The notes under the pieces were generated by a model. It was not told the origin of the DNA and ran no database searches. It was given only the letters and a program-made list of their open reading frames with translations. Position numbers and translations under genes: made by a program. 64,000 nt of DNA from the human T2T-CHM13v2.0 reference genome, Homo sapiens. Numbering within the stretch: the first letter of the stretch is position 1; every line of letters begins with the position of its first letter. Of the stretch, positions 43,742-64,000 are shown in pieces. The DNA lies in assembly GCF_009914755.1 (NCBI RefSeq), contig NC_060943.1; one strand, given 5' to 3'.

Positions 43742-43780
43742 GTGAGGAAGGGCAGCCCAGGCCACCATGGAGACACGCAA

Positions 43781-44751
<971 letters not shown>

Positions 44752-44769
44752 GTGCCCACGAGACCACCT

Positions 44770-46370
<1,601 letters not shown>

Positions 46371-47019
46371 CTAGAGTCACTTCTCCTTAATTATTCCCAT
46401 GGATACCATATGTGCCCACTGGGTGCCTCTTGACATTGCCCTCAAGTTGTCCATGACCCTGAGCACCTTCTCAGTCTATAGGGCCGATCACCCTTTCCAA
46501 CATCACACAGAGAGAGGACCAGATGGTACGATGGATGACACCAAGGCTGCTGTTATTTCTGTGGCTGCCACAAGGTGTTGCTGTTGAACAATAGTCTTGC
46601 ACAGTCTGTTGCCTCCTTTTCCCTTTGCACTGGCCCCAGTGGAACCCCAACTGAGGTCCGCAAGGTTAGAGTCCTTTGATTTACATTCTTGAATGACTTC
46701 AGGCCCCAATCACCAAGCTAGACACAATAACAGGGAAAGTGAAGGAGGTAGAACTTCCAGACACATGTTGCGTTCAAAACCAGGTTTTCCTCCGTTCTCC
46801 TCCTCTGTCCCCCTTGAGACTAAGTTCCCACGTGACAGCACTAGGCTTCCTTTTCTGCCTTCAGGTGTCCCTCGGGGCCACTCCTGCCCATCAGAGAGAA
46901 CCTCAGAAGCAAAAGAAACTGGATTGCAATTCCTTTGCTCCGGTGAATCCCACTTCAACACCACTAGTCAGCTCTGCACACGAAGGAGTTTGAGGAACGG
47001 CAGCCTTTGTCCAAGTACT

Positions 47020-47250
47020 GGTATTCATTACCTATTACTGTGCAACAGATTATCACAAACATAGCAGCTTGAAATAACTCATTTATTATCTCACAGTTTC
47101 TGGAAGTCACGCATCCAGAAACAACTTAGCTGGTCCTCTGTTCCAGGGTTTTCCCAAACAGCTACAATCAAGATGTTACCTGGGGCCACCGACATCTCAA
47201 GGTCACCAGAGAAAGATCTGCTTCCAAGTTCAAGTGGCCTTGCTCGCGGC
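47020..47250 (-). mobile_element. MLT1 (F/G-like) fragment
   Basis: aaacatagcagcttgaaataactcatttattatctcacagtttctg. Confidence 0.8.
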
Positions 47251-47254
47251 TGCT

Positions 47255-47643
<389 letters not shown>

Positions 47644-47912
47644 GATGGTTGCTTCTTCTCACTCTCTTGCAGTCCCACTTCTATGGGAATAACCTCAGGC
47701 TGGTCTTCCAGAAATCAGAGGGCCCATGGAAGAGAGCCCAGTTATCCCAGCCAACCCCCTAACAAGAAAGGAAGCCCAACCAAGATCAGCAGAGCTGCCT
47801 ATCCAACCCCAAGTTCACTGCAAATTCACTGCAGAGACAGGAATGAGCCCACTTGAGACTGGAAGAGTCAGATGGTTTTATCTGTAGACTTACGAACACA
47901 AATAAATGCTTA

Positions 47913-48210
47913 GGCCAGGAGCTGTGGCTTACACCTGGAATCCCAGCACTTTGGGAGGCTGCAGCAAGAGGATCACTTGAGGCCAGGAGTTCAGGACCAG
48001 CCTGGCCAACATAGTGAGGTGCCAGCTCTACAAAAAAAAAAAAAAAAAATTAGGAAAAAATTACCTGGGTGTGGTGGCGCACCTGTAGTCCCAGCTACTT
48101 GGAAGCAGAGGTAGGAGGATTACTTGAACCTCAGAGGTTGAGGCTGAAGTGAGCCATGATTGCACCACTGCACTCCAGCCTGGGCGACAAAGTGAGACCC
48201 CAACTCCACA

Positions 48211-48262
<52 letters not shown>
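47913..48262 (+). mobile_element. AluJ with (CT)n(CA)n microsatellite tail (~48211-48262)
   Basis: Alu consensus; ~22 CA units. Confidence 0.94.
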
Positions 48263-48264
<2 letters not shown>

Positions 48265-48768
48265 TAAGATAAAATAAAAATGCTTAGTGCTTGAAGTCAT
48301 TGGCTGCAGGGCTACTTGTTACGTACGCAGCAGTAGCTGACTGATCCAACCAGCAATAGCGTCATCATCACCATCCCCCACAATGGGCACCCACTTGCCT
48401 TCAATATGAATAAAACTAAGAGGAATCATTCAACTGATTCTCTCTAAATAAAGAAGTTCTGCTTCAAGGAGCTTAGCTGTCTCCACTGTACAAAGGAAAG
48501 GTGGCCGGCAGCGTCTGCTGATTAAAAAATGTTAAGTTCCACTTCACCAGGCATCCCAATACCCTCATTTTCCATCCACCCTCCCTGGAAGGTTCAGAAG
48601 CCAGGGAGTGCTCTTCCAGGCTTGCAGACCGGGTCACAGATTGGCCAGGGGCATTCAGGACCCTTTGGCTGCCATGAACAGGACCCCTCCCTGCCATCCA
48701 AGTCCCAGCTGCTTGCAGCTACGGAGGCTCCCTAGCTCTTCTATCCAACGAACTCGAGACCTTCTTAT

Positions 48769-49470
48769 GGTCAGGCATGGTGGCTCAGGCCTCTAATCCC
48801 AGCACTTTGGGAGACCAAGGTGGGAGGAATACTTGAGCCCAGGAATTCAAGAACAGCCTGGGCAATATAGCAAGACCCCATCTCTATACAAAATTTAAAA
48901 ATAAAAAATGCCCTGGGCACAGTGGTGCATGCCCGTAGTCCCAGGTACTCAGGAGGCTGAGGCATGAGGATTGTCTGTGCTCAGAAGGTCGAGGCTGCAG
49001 TGAGCTATGATTGCAATACTGCATTCCAGCGTGGGTGACAGTGAGACCCTGTCTCGAAAAAGAAAGAAAGAAAGAGAGAGAGAGAGCGAGCCAGGTGTGG
49101 TGGCTCACGCCTGTAATCCCAGCACTCTGGGAGGCCAAGGCGGGCGGATCACGAGGTCAGGAGATTGAGACCATCCTGGCTAACACGGTGAAACCCCATC
49201 TCTACTAAAAATACAAAAAATTAGCCAGGTGTGCTGGCAGGCACCTGTAGTCCCAACTACTTGGGAGGCTGAGGCAGGAGAATGGCGTGAACCCGGAAGG
49301 CGGAGCTTGCAGCGAGATTGCTCCACTGCATTCCAGCCTGGGTGACAGAGCAAGACTCTGTCTCAAAAAAAAAAAAAAAAAGGAAGAAAAAGAAAGAGAG
49401 AAGAAAAGAAAGAAAGAGAGAGAGAGAAAGAAAGAAAGGAGGAAGGAAGAAAGGAAGGAAGGAAGGAAAG
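48769..49470 (+). mobile_element. AluJ plus AluY with purine-rich tail
   Basis: Alu consensus. Confidence 0.95.
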
Positions 49471-49490
49471 GTTCTCAAGACGGGCAGTAA

Positions 49491-51022
<1,532 letters not shown>

Positions 51023-51449
51023 GTAAATAAAATATATATGTATGTTTCACTGTATTTGTAGAAATTATAGGAAGAGTCACAAGAAATTAATAGAATTCTC
51101 TCATAGTGGGAAGGTAGAAGCTGAGTGGAAAACAAGAGAGCCAGGCATAGTGATTCATGCATGAAGTCCTTGGGAGGCTGAGGCAAGAGGATCATCTTTG
51201 AAAACAAAAGACAGCTTAGACTGCTCCTGAGCCAGGTGGAGCTGCGGCATACCCCTGAGTGTCGCCAATCAAAGATAGCCTACATCAGCCCAACCCCAAC
51301 CAGATCCCAGACACAGGAGCAATAACACATAACTGTAAGCCAGGGAGTTTTAGTTTGGCTTGTTACGCAGCAGTAGCTAACCATTACACTTCCAAAAGAT
51401 AACACTGTCATGAACCCCATTTTATAGATGAGGAAATGGAGGCTCACGT

Positions 51450-51636
51450 TCATTCTCACTGGTCAGTGCCACATGCTGTATCTGTGGCTAATTTGTTGTG
51501 GCTTTTTGTTTTTGTTCCTTTTAACACAGAGTCTCATTCTGTTGCCCAGGCTAAAGTGCAGTGGCACAGTCTTGCTCACTTCAACCTCTGCCTCATGGGT
51601 TCAAGTGATTCTCGTGCCTCAGCCTCCCAAATAGCT
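51450..51636. repeat. Composite insertion in a MIR: 46-bp copy of 50094-50139 plus an antisense Alu right-arm fragment
   Basis: 42/46 identity to 50094-50139; the MIR resumes after 51636. Confidence 0.85.
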
Positions 51637-51819
51637 TCAGGGGAAGCCTGAAGTTTCCCAGCTAATGAGTGATAAAGCCAGGATTCAATCTCAGATGCCC
51701 AAATTCTTAATCATTCTGTATCCTGCCCCTTAATCATTCTGTATGCTGTCTCCCTCCAGGCTAAGCCATTCCTTCTGAGTCTCTCCTGCCCAAGTCTTTA
51801 CCTTTGAAAGGAATCACAG

Positions 51820-52765
<946 letters not shown>

Positions 52766-52859
52766 TGAGAAATTGAGACCCAGAGAGGGTGGAGAATTGT
52801 CCAAGACTACACAGCAAGTTGAAGGCACTGCCAGAACTTAGACTTCATCTACAAAGTCA

Positions 52860-53155
52860 AACTCGGCCTGAACGAATAAGACAACCCCAGGATCCCTCTC
52901 CAGGGAGTGAGCGATTTTGCTTAAGCTCCTGGTGGCAGGGGGAAGGAGAAAGGCAAGGAAGCAATTTTTCTGTTGCCTGAGCCCTGAGAATTTCCTCCCT
53001 GGGGAGAGGCACTCGCTGGTGAGGACGTGTCCGTGAAGCCTCCAATCACAAGATTAGGTGATTTCATTACTGTCTGAAAAGCTGCCGGGATGGGGACGGT
53101 TTGAGCTTACAAATAATCACCCCCGATGCAGGGTGCTGAAGATATCACAGATCCC
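52860..53155. promoter_or_regulatory. Candidate enhancer/CNE
   Basis: Unique; CCAATCA, GATTAG, CATTA and AATAATCA motifs with retained CpGs. Confidence 0.4.
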
Positions 53156-53269
53156 AGAGGCTGCTCCGGTGGTGGGGCCCGAGTTGTCAGCACGTGGGGA
53201 GAGGGGCTCTGGAGTCAGAGAAAGAGAAGAACCTGTCCAAGGTCGCACGGCAAAAAGGGACAAGAGACT

Positions 53270-54165
<896 letters not shown>

Positions 54166-54421
54166 TGACACTCAAAAAAAGAAAACAACAACAAAAACAA
54201 ACGAAAACAAAAATGGGGACTTTGCACACACCTAGGATCTGAAAGGAATTTTCAGTGCATAGCCCATGCCTGGACTCCTCCCTGAGTGAGGAGCTCACTG
54301 CCTCCCAACAGCTGTCCTTTTATCTATGAGCTGTGCCGGCCATGAGCCAGGTCAGCCTCTGCAAAATCTGGGCTGAGTGTGAAGTGCATGTGTGGAGGGA
54401 AGGGGTTAAAATGAGGTCAGG

Positions 54422-54707
54422 GGCCTGGCACGGTGGCTCACGCCTGTAATCCCAACACTTTGGGAGTCTGAGGCAGGTGGATCACCTGAGGTCAGGAGAC
54501 CAGCCTGGCCAACATGGTGAAACCCCGTCTCTACCAAAAATACAAAAAATGAGCCGGGCATGGTGGCGGGTGCCTGTAATTCCAGCTACTTGGGAGCCTG
54601 AGGCAGGAGAATTGTTGAACCCGGGAGGCGGAGGTTGCAGTGAGTTGAGATCACGCCACTGCACTCCAGCCTGGGCAATAGAGCAAGATTCTGTCTCAAA
54701 AACAAAA
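54422..54707 (+). mobile_element. AluS
   Basis: Alu consensus. Confidence 0.95.
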
Positions 54708-54919
54708 GAGGTCAGGATCTTAGCAGGGAGGCTGCTGTTTTGCATAGGTTGGAAGTCCCCCTGAGGCCACGGGAGCTTGATTAATCCAGACCCTCCCTTC
54801 TCTGTCTTTGTCTCTCTCTTTCTGACAGTCTCTCCCTCTCTTTCTCCCTTGGTTTGTGTCTGTCTGCTTCTGTCTCTCCCCTCTTCTCTCTCACCTCTGT
54901 GTTTCTGTCTCTGGGTGTC

Positions 54920-55130
54920 CATGCTGTTAAAAGTCATACAGATATGAGACAGCGTTCAACCCCAACTGAAAATTGCCAGCCACCCCAGCAGTGGAATAAT
55001 TGAATCGGCGGGCAGCAGGACTGAATCAAGTGAGGGTGGAAGGGGGCACATTCCCAGCTAAAAGTGGGGCCCTCGTTAGGGGGATGCAGTTTGCTGTTGG
55101 TAGCAGGAACATGAGTTTGCAGGGTGGCGA
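54920..55130. promoter_or_regulatory. Candidate enhancer/CNE (weak)
   Basis: Unique; CAGATATG, AATAATTGA and TGAATCA motifs. Confidence 0.3.
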
Positions 55131-55369
55131 GGGGGGAGTGAACTCCCACTGGCAGGCCTGGCTCCCCAGGCTTCCCTGCTGAAGACAAGCTGAGTCCTGC
55201 AGAGAGAGGCTGAGGCCTGAGTCGCATCTATCCGCCCCCTCCCCCAACTTCAACACATGGAGTCTGCTTAATGCTCCGAGCCACTTGACAGGCCCCAGTT
55301 GAGGGTTTCACCAGGATCCACAGCCAGCCAAGCCCAGCTCATCAAAGTGGGGCTCCATTCTCCATCATC

Positions 55370-56343
55370 CGACCATTCACGTATCTGCCTTCTCCATCAC
55401 GGATCCATCCTTCACCCATCCAGCCAACACCTACCCATCCATCCTTCCTTCCATTTCCCAAACCCCCATACACTCACCCATATACCCGCCCACCCATTCC
55501 CCATCGTCCGCCTTCCATCCCCCAACCTTCATATCCCATCCCCCTTTCACTCACCTACACACCCACCCATATACCCACCCCTACAATCCCCATTCACTCA
55601 TCTACCCTTTCCTCCACCATCTACCTACAGGCCTATCCATCCTTACCTCCACTCAACCACCTACCCAAAAACCATCCATCCATCCACCCATCCATCCACT
55701 CACCATCCATTCATCCACTCATCCATCCATCAACCCAGCCATCCACCTGTCCATCAACACACCCAACCATTCACTCATCCATCCATCATCCATCCATTCA
55801 CCCATCCACCCACCACCCACCCATCCATCCATGCAGCTATCCATCCATCCATCCATCCATCCATCCATCTATCCATCCATCCATCCATGCACCCATTCAC
55901 CTATCCACCTACCCATCCATTTATCCATTCATGCATGCATCTACCCATCTATCCATCCATCCATTCATCCATTTATCCATCCATCCATTTATCCATCCAT
56001 CCATTTATCCATCCATCCATCCATCCATCCATTTATCCATCCATCCATTTATCCATCCATCCATCCATCCTTCCATCCATCCATCCATCCATCCGCCCAC
56101 CTACCCATCCACTCATCCATTCACCACCCACCCACCTAACCATCTACTCATTTATCCACCCATCCATCCATTTATCCATCCATCCTTCCATCCATCCATC
56201 CATCCATCCATCCACCCACCTACCCATCCATTCATCCATTCACCACCCACCCACCTAACCATCTACTCATTTATCCACCCATCCACCCATCCATCCATCC
56301 ATCACACACTCATTCATCCACCCATCCATCTATCCATTCATAC

Positions 56344-56386
<43 letters not shown>

Positions 56387-56560
56387 CCCATCCCCCACCC
56401 ATCCACCTTTCATCCCCTATCCCTCCATCTCCCATCCCCTATTCAACCATCCCTCCACTCACCTTTCATCCATCTGCCCATCCATCCTCCCCTCCCTCAC
56501 CCCACATTTCCCACCCACCCATCCATCCACCCATACACACACACCCACACACCCATTGAT
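55370..56560. repeat. ~1.2-kb degenerate (CCAT)n/(GGAT)n tract with embedded (CA)n (56341-56383)
   Basis: Direct inspection. Confidence 0.97.
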
Positions 56561-57194
56561 TCATTATTCAGCAAACGTTAGGCTCTTGCTGAGTGCCCAT
56601 ATCTACACTGGGTACTGAAGATACGGGAATTAAAACAGCCGAGGCCCCTGCTCGATTGGAGATTAGCACCTAGTTGGGAAGATAAATGTTAAGCAAACCC
56701 CGGCACACACAACTTCATTGTAGAAATTGTGGTGGTTCCTTGGGGAGACACTCAGGCCGCTCTGAGATGGGCAATGCTGGGAGGGGTTCGGGTAGGTTGG
56801 GGGGCATGGGAGAGCTCTGAGGGGGAAGGGTGTGGCAGGCAGAGGGAGCAGCATATGCAAAGGAGAGGCAGATGGAACTGCCCCTGGGGAGGGAACCTGG
56901 ACAAGGAGTGGGTTTGGGGAGAAGTTGCTGCTGCCAGATTGGGTGCTGCTGTGTGTGAGAAGCCTGAGGGGAAGATAGGCAGCAGCCAGCCACAGGGGGT
57001 GGCCAGAGGGCAATGGAGAGGAGAAGGGATGGCCAGAGAGATGGGAGGGAAACCAGGATGGGTGGGGTCCTAAAGCCTAGGGGAGGGGCTGGGAATGATC
57101 GACGATCACTTCCCCTTGCTCAGATGGAGAATTTGACGTCCAGGGATCTGCATGGACCTGTCTCCCAGTCAAGATTCTGACCAACATCTCCCTG

Positions 57195-57541
57195 GGAGAG
57201 GCAGAGGCTGCAGTGAGCTCAGATCACGCCACTGCGCTCCAGCCTGGGTGACAGAACGAGACCGTGTCTCAAAAAAAAAAAAACTCCCTGGGAGGACCAT
57301 GGAAGGAGTGCCCTTCTGTAGGTGGTTTCTTTTTATTTTATTTTATTTTATTTTATTTTTTGGCAGTTCACTGCAACCTCCCTAGTAGCTGGACCCAAGC
57401 CCAGCTAATTCTTGTATTTTTTGTAGAGATGGGGTCTCCCTATGTTGCCCTGGCTGGTCTCAAACTCCTGGCCTCGAGCGATCCTCCCACCTCAGCCTCC
57501 CAAAATGCCAGGATGACAGGCGTGGGCCACTGTGCCCAGCC
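57195..57541. mobile_element. 5'-truncated Alu + (57195-57283, TSD ctccctgggag) and internally deleted AluJ - (57327-57541)
   Basis: Alu consensus fragments. Confidence 0.9.
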
Positions 57542-57762
57542 CACAGCTGGCTTCTGATCCCAGCCGGGTCGGCTCTGGCTGGGGCTCCCTGGTCAGGCCA
57601 CACATATGACGTAATAGCCTCCCTGTTCTGGGCTGTGAAATGGGAACAGTTCACCCACTCCATGAGGCAATGGGGAAGCACCAAGGGCAAGATGACCACA
57701 GTAGGACACTATGGAGTCCTCTACACCATGCTAGCATGGCCTCTTGGCCCCTGCATCATTCA

Positions 57763-59969
<2,207 letters not shown>

Positions 59970-60224
59970 ACATTTTTCTTATTTACGTTGCCTGCTTTCT
60001 CTCCCCTAGACTGCTGGCTCCGTAATGATGGGACTTCTTTCCTTCAGGCCTGCTTGTTCCTTGCTTTGCCTTCAGAAACTAAAACAGTGTCTGAAAATGT
60101 CTAAATGAATGAATGGACAAATGAACAGGCATCCTTCTCATCAGAAGGATGGGGTGGGAGGGTAATCAGCCTCTGGCCACTTCAAGAGGCCCCTTTAGGA
60201 GGTCAGAGCTAAGAGGTACAGGGT

Positions 60225-60570
60225 CAGGGCCCCCCTTGATTACTGAGATTCTAATTAACTCTGGGGCCGAGAGGGCCGCTCCGCTCTGAGGAATTATAGA
60301 TAAGTTTGCACCCCAGTGTTTGAGCAGTGGCTCTGTGGGGGGCGGGCGGCAGCTCTCCCTCCCCTGCCCTCCCACCCACAGCCAGCTGGCCAGGGAGGCG
60401 GGCACAGAGAGAGGTCATTTGCATAGGCAGGTAATTGGTTTTGCAAATAAATCTGGTTCTTGAAATTTGTAGATTAGTAATAATACGTCTCCAGATGAGA
60501 GAGAAAGGTCACGGATGAATAAAACAACAATTAAACTTTCAGGAGATTATTAAACTAAACAGAAACCTGG
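60225..60570. promoter_or_regulatory. Strong candidate developmental enhancer/CNE
   Basis: CTAATTAA 60251, AGGTCA overlapping octamer ATTTGCAT 60412-60424, TAATTG 60432, CAGATG, ACAATTAA, many TAAT/ATTA cores. Confidence 0.6.
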
Positions 60571-60875
60571 CATGGGGTGGCCGAGGGAATAAGGAGCTGG
60601 GCTGGGAAGGTGGGGGTGATGGGAGTGGGGGCATCTGCTGCCTCCGCTCCCGCTCCCAGATCCTGCTTGCCAGGGTCTGGGCAGAGTAGAACGCCCCGTG
60701 ATCCTCCCAGAATAGCTTTTAGGATTCCCATTTCTCAGTCTAGAAAACTGAGGTTGAAGAAGGAAGAGGAAGAGGCCCTAGGTCACCCAGTGAGGCCACA
60801 CCCCAGGCAGGAGCTGAACCCAAGCCCATTAGCTTTGCGCTGTCCTGGGTGGCAGAGAACCTCATATTGGCAAAG

Positions 60876-61382
<507 letters not shown>

Positions 61383-61904
61383 GCAGGCAAAGGGTTCGAT
61401 TCCCCTCTCTGCACTTCTTGGCTGTGTGACCAGGACAATTCCATTCTCCCGCTGTGCCTCAGTCCTTCCATGCCTATGAAATTGAGGCGAAGCATTTTAT
61501 GTGTGATGTTAAATTTGCAAATGTTATTATACTTGCGTGGCAATTCAATGTGACACAGCAGCTAATGGACCGGGCACCGTGCCTGGCATGGTGTAGGTGG
61601 CTGCTTTGGGCATGCTGGGTCCTTGGCTGCAAGCAACAGAAATGTGCTCCAGGAAACAAAAGCAGAACCAAAATGTATAGGTAACTCGGGGTGGAAGGCA
61701 AGGGTGAAGAAAGACGTCAGCCAATAGGGAGAAACTGAGGAAAGGCGCCAGGTAACAGCCATCTTTCGGCCGCCCTCTGGCATGTAACCTTGGGTGAGTC
61801 ACCTTTCCCCTTGAGACCTCAGTCTCCATAGCTCTAAAAGAGGGAATAGTTGTGTCTACTTTGCTTATTCAGTTTCATCATTCAAAATATTGACTGAGCC
61901 CCAA

Positions 61905-64000
<2,096 letters not shown>

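Noticed and set aside
55299-56581. 319-aa, 216-aa and 102-aa His/Pro/Ser/Ile-rich ORFs
   Set aside because: Translations of the (CCAT)n tract, which lacks stop codons by composition; no other coding evidence.

Overview
Primate, almost certainly human, non-coding genomic DNA. It is GC-rich and extremely Alu-dense (roughly 90 Alu copies or fragments, about 40% of the window by eye). Older L2, MIR, L1M, MaLR/ERVL LTR and hAT/TcMar DNA-transposon relics lie between and under the Alus. I see no credible protein-coding exon, RNA gene or CRISPR array; the listed ORFs are Alu, L2 or microsatellite read-throughs. The repeat style suggests chr19p13, but that is inference only. Structure beyond ordinary repeat annotation: (1) about a dozen repeat-free 150-550 bp islands rich in CpG and homeobox/SOX/FOX/TCF/POU motifs, resembling a developmental enhancer archipelago; (2) at least five short-range DNA-level copy events (templated insertions, local duplications, Alu-Alu conversion) plus smaller repair scars; (3) L2 fragments far more similar to each other than their age predicts, some carrying CTCF-like motifs; (4) a 10-copy 53-bp G4-prone minisatellite with 3x~18-bp internal structure; (5) a candidate 275-nt non-coding exon and a candidate 21-nt microexon. 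Subfamily names, boundaries and identities were estimated by eye and are approximate.
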